Origin: the human T2T-CHM13v2.0 reference genome, Homo sapiens | Assembly (NCBI RefSeq): GCF_009914755.1 | Contig: NC_060925.1 | DNA: 64,000 nt | Direction: 5' to 3' (one strand) | Shown here: one piece after another, positions 1-25,049 of the stretch | How positions within the stretch are numbered: the stretch's first letter is position 1 | Layout of the letters: each line of letters begins with the position of its first letter | Position numbers and translations under genes: made by a program | Notes under the pieces: model-generated | Seen by the model: only the letters and a program-made list of their open reading frames with translations | Databases searched by the model: none | What the model was told of the DNA's origin: nothing

Positions 1-508
<508 letters not shown>

Positions 509-1096
509 TTAGGCTTGTATGAATAAGGTGAGGCATTTGAACCATTAGAAATAACTAATACATTCTGATAAAAAACCAGGTATGATCACAAAGTAATGAA
601 AGATTTTCTTGTGTGGCTTACAGGTTCATGTTGAAGGCAAACAGTCTGTAAAAATATGAGCTTATAAGGGACAAGATGGAAAATATCAGATTTAGCAGTT
701 CATGATCAAGGGTATGGATTTATTTGACTAGTCCTCTACAGATATTCATTTAACCATTTACAATTTTTTGCTATTACAACAATGCTGTGATGAACATCCT
801 TGTATGCGCATCTTCTGAATGATACTCTAGAAGTAAAATTTCTGGCCCATCAGTATGGCCAAGCTACCTTCCAAAAAGACTTCAATTAACTTATATTCCC
901 ACCTAAAGTGTATAAACATGCTCCTTCTTGATGAACATTCAGGTTGTTTCTAACCTTCAGATCTTGCAAACATGCTGCAATGAACATGTAGTCATTTTGG
1001 ACAAAGGCAAACATAAGTGTAGAAGTTTCCAGGAGTGCAACTGCTAAATCAAAGGATTTGAGCATTTTAAATCTTGATAGATATTGCCAAAGCACC

Positions 1097-1312
1097 TGTA
1101 GAGGCCAGAGGGAACTCCCCTTCACCATCTGAAGGCTCACTGAAAATCACTGACAAAAGAGAGATTAATAGGAAAAAAGGCATACACATTTATTTGGTTA
1201 TAATTTTATGTGACGCCAGAGTCTTCAGAATGAAGAATACAAAATAAACTGTCAATTTTTGTGCTTAGGTTCACAAAGCATATGGACAGTGGTATAGAAA
1301 TATGATTGGACA
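1097..1312 (-). mobile_element. ERV1 (MER4-group) LTR fragment
   Basis: TGTAGAGGCC…CCCCTTC…CTGAAGG…GATTAATAGG..AAAAGGCATAC resembles a MER4-group LTR end; subfamily uncertain. Confidence 0.5.
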
Positions 1313-1454
1313 CAGGAGACTGAGGCATAAGAATTGCTACACCCTTCATAAAAGATGTACTAATTTATGTGTAAGAATGCCTACTTGTCTACATCCTCAC
1401 CAATACAGTGTTTTGTTAAAGTTTCTTAGTTCTGCCAGTCACATACTTGTCTTT

Positions 1455-1890
1455 TTTTTCCCCCCCAAGAAACAGGGTCTCACTCTGTCACCCAGACTGG
1501 AGTTCAGCGGTACCATCCTAGCTCACCACAGCCTCAAACTTCTGGGCTCAAGCAATCCTCCCCCATCAGTCTCCTGAGTAGCTGGAACTATACCATGCCT
1601 GGCTAATTTTTCTAAAAAACAAAAATTTTTTTTTTTTGAGACTCAGTCTTGCTCTGCTGGCCAGGCTGGAGTGCAGTGGCGTGGTCTGGGCTCTCACTGC
1701 AACCTCTGCTTCCTGGGTTCAAGTGATTCTCCTGCCTCAGCCTCCTGCGTAGCTGGGATTATAGCTGTGTGCCACCACGCCTGGCTAATTTTTGTATTTT
1801 TACTAGAAACGGGGTTTGGCTATGTTGGCCAGGCTAGTCTCAAACTCCTGGCCTCAAGCAATCCAATGGCATGAGCCATTATACCCAGCC
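1455..1890 (-). repeat. Composite Alu (AluJ-like plus AluS-like)
   Basis: Alu consensus. Confidence 0.85.
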
Positions 1891-1899
1891 CCAATTAAA

Positions 1900-3500
<1,601 letters not shown>

Positions 3501-3674
3501 GGGTCTCTGGACTCTAATTTTGGCCTCCAACCCACTTAAGCCTTTCAAGAATGCCACTTAGCTTCTCAGCTAGCTTTTCTGGAACTTGCAGAAGTCCCCA
3601 AGGAAAAAGCAACCCTGAACATCAGGTTCCCCCTTACTTCTTTCCTTCTTTTCCCAGATCCTATAATTCCTTAA

Positions 3675-3995
<321 letters not shown>

Positions 3996-5908
3996 CTTCT
4001 TAATGCCTTGTTAATGCTCCAGTGTTCTTCAAGCAGGTTATTTTAATATTTTATTCCAGAGGAAACAGTTATTTACAGCAGGAAGGTTAATCCAAATTAC
4101 CTAGTCTACTCTTACCAAAAGCAGAAAAAAACCTTAACTTTCCCCAAATAGTACATTCAAATTCTTTAGAGAAGTGCTTCTTTCTCTCCATTTAACTTGA
4201 GTAAATGCCACGTTTGAGTTCTGTCACTGAGATGAAGAAGGGGAACAAGGAGAAAGACCTTGAATTAATTGCCTTTTAAAATACTAATCTCACTTCTGCA
4301 CTTCATCATATTTGCCAACTCTGGATCTAGGGCCTCTTGTAGCTATGGTTTCTGTTTCATTTAAAAACATGCCAGAAAAAATTTCGAAATCTCATAGACA
4401 TTGTTAAGCAGACTGCTTCATTTTTTCTGTTTACTTCTTTTTGTACCTCATATTCTATGTGCAATTATAAAGGATATGAAAAAAATTTGTTGAGCCTACC
4501 ATCTTTAAATTAACTTTCATTAAATCTTTCATTTTACTTTCTAAAATTTATCCTACAGATAGACACAAACAAATGCACAAAAATATTAGCATTATATTAA
4601 TAAAATGCTGGAAATAAATATGTTAACAGGAAGTTGTTTAAATTATGGTACAATACAATCATTTTAAAAGATAAGCCAATATATCATAATTTAATTCCAT
4701 TTTGCATGAAAATAATTTTTAGTATATGCACAGAAAAAGAAATCCATATGGTAAACATATAAATAAACATATTTATAACATATGCTAACTTAATACTATT
4801 TATGGAGAAGGCATTATAAAGAACTACAGTTTGACTCATTAAATCATTTCATAATATTTGAATTTTTATAGGGAAACTATTTTTACATAAATAAAACAAA
4901 TAATAAAACATATCAAGCCAACTAGATTACTTCTACAGAGTTCTCATATGCTAAGAAGCCAAGCCAACATCAAAACGGTCTCTGGGAATACAAATTCGTT
5001 TTACACTGAAGCCTACATCTCCTTGGTTTGCGAAACAACCCAAAATAGGTCTCTATTTGAAAGCAGATAAGATTAACTGGGCAAAGGCAAGCCCAGTGCT
5101 TTAAAGCATGGAACTTAGAAGAAAACAGTCCTAACTAGTGATATTAAAGGGAAATAATTCATTTATACATAAAGATAGAAGAGATGATAAGGTGACCAGA
5201 GAAAAACAGAAGTGGGGTGGAAGAGCACTGAAAAGGCATCGAATATAAAGGGCAGAAGTAGAACTGATGGAAACCAAGAATTAGAGTCCAGTAGGAAAGA
5301 AGCACGCACATACATTTCTATGTTTAAGATATGTAATGGCAATATGCTATAGCTAATCCTTTTCATTTTCGGATGGCTTGTGTATCTGATAATACTAATT
5401 TCATGTTATGCTTAAATGAGTTAAACTGGGAAATAAACCCAAGTTTTAATACCTGTACTGCTAAAGAGAGCAGTATGATCTTACGCTGAAATCACCTGAC
5501 ATTTTTGGTCTTAAAAATTCAGTAATTTTTGGATAAAAAAAATTCTATAATCCTAAAAGAGGATTGTTCTTTATTCACTTAGGTATCTACTTTTGCAGCT
5601 GTAGATACCTAACTGTATCCACACCTATACCCTTATAACATTTCATTCCAGAGATTCCCAGTGCCACTATTCCCATTCCTGCACTTACAACAGACACTGA
5701 TCATCAGTCACAGCACTTTGCCCCTTGAGCACAGTCAGAGCCCTCCCTTTCAGACTTCTATACAGTCATTTTCAATAAACTGGAGATAGTACATGAGATA
5801 AAACCTATTTGCCATCCTACATATCCTTAAGCAAGATGTGAATTTCATTACAATTCAAAGACTTTCTTAGTGAATAGTGCCTACATAAACAGCTTTTTAA
5901 AAAACTCT

Positions 5909-6257
<349 letters not shown>

Positions 6258-6861
6258 TCATTAGATAATAAATTAGGATATAAACGTTGTCAAGATAAAC
6301 TAAAGATGACAACATAGATATTTCCTGACTTACTTATTCTGAAACATTTTTTATAACCTGCCATTACAACTTCCTTGGTCACAGGTATCTGAGCAATTCT
6401 AGACTCATGCAAACTGCTGAAAGAACCTAATATATCCATTAATCCTATTCAACTGTACAGTCAATGGCATAATGAGGTCTGGGGCAATGCACTGCCAATT
6501 TACTTAGCATATGTTCTGTATAACAAGAGATAGTGATAGCAATGAAGATTTACTGTTGTATGTATGTATGTATTCCTGTATTCATTCATTTACTGAGACA
6601 GGGTCTCGCTATCACCCAGGCTAGACTGTAGTGGTAGAATCATAGCTCACTGCAGTCTCTGACTCTAGACTCAAGCAATCCTTTTGCTTCAGCCTCCCAA
6701 GAAGGTGGACTACAGGTGTGGACCTCATGCAAATGAGGATTTAAAAATAATATTTATCTGAAGGTTTCCTCCCATAGATATTTTTAAATCATTAGATATA
6801 GATGGTCTCACTATTTTAAAATTAGACAAGCAAATGAAGAAAAAAAAAGAGAAATTCTTAC

Positions 6862-6942
6862 CAATTTTTCTGCTTCTGTGTTCATTTCCCTTAATTTCTT
6901 GATATGTTCCTTTTTAATCATGAGAATTTTTGATAATCTGGT
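6862..6942 (-). CDS. LIN9: LIN9 exon 11 (81 nt, phase 0-0): TRLSKILMIKKEHIKKLREMNTEAEKL; start of coiled-coil/MYB-binding region
   Basis: ctgtag|ACCAGA...AAATTG|gtaaga. Confidence 0.96.
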
Positions 6943-7070
6943 CTACAGACAAAGAAGAAATATTTTAGAATAAACAGAGGCATTTAGGTATATTGGTTAG
7001 ACATTAAATTTCCAATATTTTAGTAAGATACTTCAGCAATAGATTTTAGTGTTTCAACATATATATATAG

Positions 7071-7685
<615 letters not shown>

Positions 7686-7992
7686 CATAGCACTGTATTT
7701 TATATATCTGATTAAACCGACAAGCAAATATTATTTTAAAAATCCATTGTAACTAGGACATGTCAAAAGGACTAAGGAGTCAATCTGAACAAGCTTTCAC
7801 TGGTCCAAAATAGGGCAATTTGCAGACCAGTAAGAACAATAACTGAAATGAACTAAAGCCAAATGTTAAAATCCATGAGTTACAATGATACTTAGGAAGA
7901 AGAAATAACACAGTGAGAGCAAGTCTGAAATCTTATTGAATGAATGGATCTAAGCATTGATAATCAATGGCAGCTAACATTAAAAAATAATT

Positions 7993-10316
<2,324 letters not shown>

Positions 10317-10669
10317 CAAAACATTTTTAATGTTTATTTTGTCATAAGAAAAAATACATTTGGAACAGCAAAAAAATCAAAATATCAACTTCACTTAAGA
10401 GCAAAACTGAGAGTTTTATAAAACCTCACATACTATAAAAGGTAGGGACATAAAATAACTTTTATTTTTACCTCTTAAGTATCTTAAAATAATAGTGGAA
10501 GTAGTATTTTAACTAGGCTTTACATATAGATTATAAATTTTAAATTAAGTACTAAAATCAAATACATAGACTTTCAGTTTACAGTCTGGGATATAAGAAG
10601 CTGGGAAGGTGCTACTCCATCCTAACACCAGGTAAAAAGCTGACATACTTAAAAAAATCAATGACACTT

Positions 10670-10973
<304 letters not shown>

Positions 10974-12138
10974 TCAACGACACTTCTTAGATCTCTAAGA
11001 AAATTGAGGGCCAAGGCAAACTGTTCACAAAATTGGAAAGAATGAAAGGCAAGTATGTAGAATCACAATTTACTGGAGCAGAAACCCATGAGCAAAAACC
11101 TCTAGGAACCAGTGCTTGGGTAGGGAAAACTGAACTGTAATATATGTGGTAGGTGCATTAAGCATTTACTCTACGGGACCCAGTTAGGAGGCTTTTTTGA
11201 AAAGCATACTTTGTGAGTTTTACTTCCAGGGGCTTAATCTGGTTCTTAGTGAATACTGCAGAAATACTCCCTCTTGCTTCCTGCAAGGGGAAGGAAAACT
11301 AACGATTTTGAATTAAGATGGAGCATTCTGTTCTTAGCAAGGCCTGCCCTCAGGAAAAACTATTTAACCAGAAGCTAACATGCTAGGGTTTTATCAGAGG
11401 CTTACTGACCTGGGGGAAGAGAAAAACCCAACCCCAGCCCACTCTAGCCACCCCGTACCACATAAGAGGAGGAAAAACTGAGGTGCATTTGTGAAGTTCA
11501 TAGTCCAGAGGCTCAGGCTGACACAGTTCCTTTTACATAGTACATCATGTTTGGCAATTAAGAAAAAATTACAAGGTACGCCAGGAGGCAAAAAAAAACA
11601 TAGTTTGAAGAGACAAAGCAAGCATAAAAACCAGCCTTAGATATGGCAGGGATGTTGAAATTTGAAAGAACTATGAGTAATAAGCTAAGGCCTCTAATGG
11701 ATAAAATAGCATGCAAGAACAGATGGGCAATGCAAGCAAAGAGATGAAAATTTCTCGAGCTTGAGGATATATTATTTATTTTTCTTTTTTTTCTTCCACA
11801 ACAGTTATCTCAGAAGAGGATATATTAATAGGAACTTCCAAAACTAAAAAACAAAGAGAACAAAGACTGAAAAAATCAGCACAGAATGTCCAAGGATTGT
11901 GGGACAACTACAAAAGGTATAACTTATGCATTAATGGAAATACAAGGAGAGGAAAGAGAGAAAAAAAGGAAGAACTATCTGAAATATAATGAATGAGAAT
12001 TTCCCCAATTTAATGTCAAATACCAAAGCAAAGATCTAAGAATCTCAGAGAATACCAAGCAGAAGAAACACCACAAAAACCTCTAGATTTACACATATCA
12101 TATTCAAACTACAGAAAATCCAAGATAAAGAAAAATTC

Positions 12139-16976
<4,838 letters not shown>

Positions 16977-19821
16977 CCAAGTGAGATTTACCTGAAGTAT
17001 GCAAGGCTGATTCAATGTTTGAAAATTAATTAATATAATCCATCACATCAGTAGGCTAAAGAAGAAAAATATGATCAGATTGATAGAGGCAAAGTATTTG
17101 ACAAAATTCAACACTCATTCATGATAAAAACTCTCAGTAAGCTAGGAATAGACAACGTCCTCAACCTGATAAAAAAAAAAAAAATCTACAAAAAAACCTC
17201 ATGTCTAATATCATACTTAATGGTGAGAAACTAGAAGTTTTCCCACTAAGATCAGGAAGAAGGCAACAATGTCCTCTCTTATCACTCTTTTCAACATCAT
17301 ACTGGAAGTCCTAGCTAATGCAATAAGATAAGAAAGAGAAATTAAAGGTAGAATTGGGAAGGAAAAAAACAACTATCTGTTTTAGGCGGGTGACATGACT
17401 GTCTACGTAGACAATCTGAAAGAAATGAGAAAAAAAAAAAATCCCTGGAACTAATAAGTGACTACAGCAAAGTTGCAGGATACAAAGTTAACATACAAAA
17501 GTCAATTGCTTTGTCAAACAATAAACAATTATGATGTGAAATTAAAAACACAGTATCATTTACCTTAACACCCCCCAAAATGAAATACTTAAGTATAAAT
17601 CCAACAAATATGTACAAGACCTATGTGAGCAAAACTCTGATGAAAGAAATCAAAGAACTAAATAAATAAGAGATATTTCATGTTCATGGATAAGAAGACA
17701 CAACACTGTCAAGATACCAGTTCTTCTCAACTTGATCTATAAATTCAATTCAATACAAGTCAAAATCCCAGCGAGTTGTTTTATGGATATTGACAAAATG
17801 ATTCTAAAGTCTATATTGAAAGGCAAAAGACCTACTATAGCCAACACAATATTGAAGTAGAAGAACAAAGTTGAAGGACTGACACTATTCAACTTCAAAA
17901 CATACTATAAACCTACAGTAATCAAGACAGTGTGGTAGTGGCAAAGAATAAAATAAAATAGATCAATGGAACAGAATAGAGAGCCCAGAAATAAATCCAC
18001 ATAGTCAATTATCTTCAACAAATGGGCAAAGGCAGTTGCGCAACAAATGGGCAACAGTGGAGAAAAGTCAAGTCTTCAACAAATGGTGCTGCAACAACTG
18101 GACATCCACAAACAAACAACAAAAAAATGAATCTAGACAAAAACCTTACACCTTTCACAAAGGGAATCACAAACATAGATGTAAAATCCAAAACCATAAA
18201 ACTCCTAGAAAGTAACACAGGAAAAAAAATCTAGATGACTTTGGTTTTGTGACAACCAACTTTAGATATGACATCAAGGGCATGATCCATGTAAGAATGA
18301 AATGATGAGCTGAACTTCATTAAAATTAAAAACTTCTGTTTGGTTAAAGACATTGTAAAGAGAATGAAAAGACAAGCCACAGACTGGGAGAAAATATTTG
18401 TAAAATATACATCCGATAAGGAACTGCTTTCCAAAATATACAAAGAACTCTTAAAACCCAACAATAAGAAAACAAACAATTGGATTAAAAAATGAGCCAA
18501 AGACCTTAACAGACACCTCACCAAAGAAGATATACAGATGGCAGATAAGCATATGAAAAGATGGTCAATGAGGAAATGTATATGTCATCAGGGAAATGCA
18601 AATTTAAATAATAAGATACCACAACAAACCTATTAGAATGGCCAAAATCCAGAACACTGACAACACCAAATGCTAACGAGGATGTGGAGCAACAGGAAAT
18701 CCCATTCACTGCTGCTGGGAATGCAAAATGGTACAGCCACTTTAGAACACAGCTTGTCAGTTTCTTATATAACTAAGCATACTCTTACCATATGAACCAG
18801 CAATTACACTCCTTGGTATTTACCCAAAGGAGCTGAAAACTTACGGCCACACAAAAACCTGCACACAGATGTTTATGGCACCTTTATTCATAATTGCCAA
18901 AATTTGAAAGCAACCAAGATGTCTTTCAGTTTGTCAATGAGTAAATAAACTGTGGTACATCCCGACAATGTAATATTACTCAATGCTAAAAAGAAATGAG
19001 CTATCAAGCCACGAATAGACATGAAAGAAACTTAAATGTATACTAGTAAGTGAAAGAAACCAATATAAAAAGGCTATATACTGTATGACTTCAAATATAT
19101 GACAGTCTGCAAAAGATAAAACTATGGAAACAGTAAAAAGATCAGTGATTTCCAGGGGCTCAGGGGAAGAGATAAAAAGGTGAAACACAGAAGATTTTTA
19201 GGGCAGCAAAACTACTCTATATGATACATAATGGTGGATACATGATATTATACATTTGTCAAAACTCTTAAAATGTTCCACATCTTTAAATACATTAATG
19301 TGAACTATGGTCTTTAGGTGAAATGATGTGTTAATGAAAGTTCACTGACTGTAACAAATGTACCATCTGCTGGGAGATAATAGGGGGAGACTACACATGT
19401 GTGGGGTCAGGAAGTATATGGGAAATATCTGTATCTTCTTCTCAATTTTGCTATGAACCTAAAATTGGTCTAAAAAAATAAAGTGTATTGAATTAAAAAT
19501 CAAATATAACAAGGATCGATAAAAATATCACATAGTGATATTTAGACATAGTGTAGTAGTACTTAGCTTCTGGCTCCCTTTGCTTATTGATCTCTCTCAA
19601 ACTCTCTCACACACACAACACCTGTTCAAATATAACATATTAGCTTTGTTTTTACTTCTACTATTTAAAAGAAAAAATTAAAAACAAGTGTCTTCTTTGT
19701 GAAAAGAATAAGTCTTTGCTCTTATCACATTTTCAATCTTTCATATAAAATATCCATCTGCCTTGAGAAGCCAAAGGTATAAGAAATTTTATATTGCAAG
19801 GATAACTAACAATATATCATT

Positions 19822-20916
<1,095 letters not shown>

Positions 20917-21564
20917 TCATTTCTATCCCAAGCCAAAGTAGTTTTCATTTTCCAAAAAGGAAATGAAACATTATTAGACTATGATTCAAACTAAAAAATT
21001 TATTTAATCTAATTTTCAAACTCACTACATTTTTAAGAGTCCAGCTATAAGGAAATTTTCCAATATAATACTTCTACACTTAGTTCAGTTTAGGCTTAGA
21101 TTTCTTAGTGTCTAATCACTAAGTACTTAGCAGGTGAATACCTGTTTCTAGTCTCTGAAAAGAAATAAAATTTCTTCTAACCATATAAGCTAGCCAGGAC
21201 ATCATAACTGTTGAACTGACTGATGATGGCAGAATATGCTGAGGTTACTAAATAAAAGCCTTCATAGTTACCCAAGTTATTAACAGCCAAACATTCAGAA
21301 TTTCACAGAACATATGCAAGAATGTTTGAGCCCTTAAAATAGCAGAATAATAAGAACTCAGACACAAGACAAAGCTCAAGAAGAAAGATCTTTAAGTCTT
21401 TTTTGGTTTTTATAACTTTTATTTTCAGGCTTTGTTGGAAATAGCAGCTCTTAAAACCTACACGGTGATAAACCTACACGGCCCTAGAAAAATTTTCAAC
21501 TTTAATAACATAAAAGGCATTGAGTTTTTAAACAAACAGCCAAGATATTCAGAACAATTCTTAC

Positions 21565-21666
21565 CACTTGGATAAGAAATTCTACTGGAAAACCACCTAA
21601 TGTTTCAGTGTCAGAGCCAGAAATTTTACTTCTCCACGGCGACTGTCCTAATAAAGGATCATTATC
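21565..21666 (-). CDS. LIN9: LIN9 exon 10 (102 nt, phase 0-0): DNDPLLGQSPWRSKISGSDTETLGGFPVEFLIQV
   Basis: ccatag|GATAAT...CAAGTG|gtaaga. Confidence 0.96.
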
Positions 21667-21726
21667 CTATGGGAATAAAAAGGAATTATTTAATCATTGA
21701 CTATTCAGAGGAAGTATCTTATTTTT

Positions 21727-22008
21727 TTATTTTTATTTTTTTTTAGACGGAGTCTCGCTCTGTTGCCACTTGTGATCTCGGCTCACTGCAATCTCTGACT
21801 CCTGGGTTCAAGCGATTCTCCTGCCTCAGCCTCCCGAGCAGCTGGGATTACAGGCGCGCGCCACCACGCCCAGCTAATTTTTGTATTTTTAGCAGAGACG
21901 GCGTTTCACCACGTTGATCAGGTTGGTCTCGAACTCCTGACCTCGTGACCCGCCTGCCTCAGCCTCCCAAAGTGCTGGGATTACAGGCGTGAGCCACTGC
22001 GCCCGGCC
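21727..22008 (-). repeat. Alu in LIN9 intron 9 with 18-bp TSD AGGAAGTATCTTATTTTT
   Basis: Direct repeats 21709-21726 and 22009-22026. Confidence 0.93.
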
Positions 22009-22244
22009 AGGAAGTATCTTATTTTTAGAAAAAGAGAAAATTCTGTTATAATTAATATTATATTAAAATCCAATAAAAAGGAAATTATTTCTGGAGATGA
22101 AGCAACTATTTATTTTATTTAATATTTTCAATTCAAAATAGTGTGCATACTTTGAAGTTGCTGTAATAGATGTGTATTTCTTAAGAACATAGTTCACCTT
22201 CATAAAAATCAATTAAATTATTGATATTTCTAAAATATACTTAC

Positions 22245-22364
22245 TATAATTGGTGACTGGAGAGGAGGAGTATAATGTAACCGTGGTGGGGTCATAAAAA
22301 ATCGAGAAGGCCGCTGTTTTTGTCCAAAGGCAGCAATTGGCATTGTCTCATGAGGTTCATTACT
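22245..22364 (-). CDS. LIN9: LIN9 exon 9 (120 nt, phase 0-0): SNEPHETMPIAAFGQKQRPSRFFMTPPRLHYTPPLQSPII
   Basis: tctcag|AGTAAT...ATTATA|gtaagt. Confidence 0.96.
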
Positions 22365-22643
22365 CTGAGAAAACAGAATAATTCACAAAACTTAAAGAAA
22401 TTTACCAATCATTTAAGCTTTATAATCATTGTATTTCAGCTTGAGATATATATTCACGCATATTCTATGATTCATATAGAATTTATTACTTATATATTTA
22501 ATTATTTATAGAGTAGCATATTAGTCTATACAGATCAAAGGCTAGAACTTGAAACAGAGTATGAAAACACTACTTTGCTGCCAAAAGGATGAACCTCCAG
22601 AAGAAAAAAAGAAATAAAAAAAAAGGGGGGGGGGTCAAAATAG

Positions 22644-23124
<481 letters not shown>

Positions 23125-23262
23125 TGAAAGGAGAGTTTAAAGCTTTCATCCTTTAATGTAAAAACTTAAGAGCAGTGTACTCTGTTCTACATTTAGTTCT
23201 AATTTTCTTTCTCTCCTATTGCGGAGAGATATCAAGCAATATTGTATTTCTGCACTAAGGAG

Positions 23263-23342
23263 ATATATATATATATATATATTTCTTTTAGGAAATATAT
23301 TTACAAAGACATACATATATATGTGTGTGTATATATATTATG

Positions 23343-23376
<34 letters not shown>

Positions 23377-23390
23377 TGTATGTATGTATA
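23263..23390. repeat. Compound microsatellite (TA)n/(TG)n/(TATG)n followed by a truncated Alu 3' end (23395-23487)
   Basis: Seen directly. Confidence 0.9.
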
Positions 23391-24001
23391 TTCTAGGCAG
23401 AGGTTGCAGTGAGCCGAGATCACACCACTGCACTCCAGCCTGGGCGACAGAGCAAGACTCCGTCTCAAAAAAAAAAAAAAAAAAAAGATCTCAATTCTAG
23501 TCTCAGCCTAATAGGAAACCAGATCTAGAGCCTTGAATAAATTACGCAATTGTACTTATGTCTGAGTTTCATCATGCAAAAGTGAAGGTAATTAACACCC
23601 ACCTTGCATGCCTCTGAAGATAAAACAGGAGAACAAATAAGTACAAGATGTTACTATACTTTAAAAACAATTTTGCAAGAGGACTATACTTTAACCTAAC
23701 AGCTGCAATGAAAATGTTATGTAGCTTCTTCTCCAAGGTTATTTAGTCAGGACTCATCAGTTTGGTTATACTAAAGTGCTGTGTCGTTAAGGTCCAACAG
23801 AGAAATGCTAGTTCCTGGCAAATGGAAGACTTAAGTATAGATCCGAACCAGGGGTCTAGCAGATAGGGCTGGGGTCCCCTAAGGATCTCTTCCTCTGTGA
23901 GATAAAGTCTTGATTCTATCATAAAATACGATTTCTAAAAAAACTCTATATAACACATTTAACAGGCATAAAACACAAATGTATTATGAAATACTACTTA
24001 C

Positions 24002-24135
24002 GAGAACTTCATAGTCAGGGATGGTATGGGTTCCAAGCCCTGTCCTATCAAAAGTTACTCTATAAGTAGCATTAAGAGTATCCACAGCATCTATTTGTCC
24101 AGTGAACAAACCATCATGAACACCACGTAATCGTG
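24002..24135 (-). CDS. LIN9: LIN9 exon 8 (134 nt): ARLRGVHDGLFTGQIDAVDTLNATYRVTFDRTGLGTHTIPDYEVL; Tudor-like region
   Basis: tctcag|CACGATTA...GTTCTC|gtaagt. Confidence 0.97.
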
Positions 24136-24491
24136 CTGAGAAAAGAACAAAGGCATTATGATGTGTGGGAGATACAAAGAATAGTCAAATATAAAACTGT
24201 TCCAAGCATGTAATTTAAATCATAGTACAGTATTTTGTCTATTAGAGTTTCAAAACAAGCACACACTTTATTTTTGGCTTAGAGAAACAACAAAGAATTT
24301 TTGAAACAAAAACAAAAACTATAAATGATGATCCCTAATTTCATATTTGAATAAAATTATATTACTCCCAAATTAAGAGAAAAATATTTTAAATCATTTA
24401 ACTGCAAAAAAAACAACAAAAGAACTTTGGTCATTATACTCATGAGTGAAGCACCAGGAGTAGTTCAATTTAAAAAAAAAGACAAAGATGT

Positions 24492-25046
24492 TGTGTAGAA
24501 AATAATTAAAGAAGTTAATACTGCAGGCCTGATGCTGCTATACTTAGGAAAACCTCCTTGCAAGGTTGGCCTTTGTCTGGTATCTGGGAACTTGGATTTC
24601 GGAAGTGTTCCCACTGTTCCCTAATTAATAATGGTGGTTTTACTGTGTCTAGATTGTGCAAACGATGTGGTTAATGCTGGACACCTGCTTTCCCTCTGGA
24701 AGACTGGAATTTTAGTATGTACTAGGCAAAAGATGCCTACATACTCAGCCCCCAGTAGAACTCTGGTCACTGAGTCTCTAATGAGCTTCCCTGGTAGACA
24801 ACACTTATAAGCATTGTGACAACTTGTTTCTGGGAGAATTAAAAGTCTTGCATGACTCTATTGGGAGAGGACTTTTGAAAACTTGCACGTGGTTTCCTCT
24901 GGACTTTGCCCCAAGCACCTTATTCTTTTGCCAATTTTGTTTTGTGTCCTTCACTGTAACAAATCTTACCCATGAGTACATGTGCTGAGTATTCTGAGTC
25001 TTTCTAGTGAATCACCAAAACTAGTAGTCTTGGAACTGATGACACA
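24492..25046 (+). mobile_element. Solo LTR, MER68-like (ERVL)
   Basis: TGTGTAGAAA…GACACA termini, internal GCAAGGTTGGCC…TCTGGGAACTTGGATTTCGG motif, TSD GATGT/GATGA. Confidence 0.8.
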
Positions 25047-25049
25047 GAT

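Noticed and set aside
18015-19188. ORFs within the long L1
   Set aside because: Fragments of a decayed ORF2/3'UTR with many stops and frameshifts; not an active element
21096-21131. Cluster of short palindromes (CTAAGTACTTAG and others)
   Set aside because: Too short to distinguish from chance in AT-rich DNA
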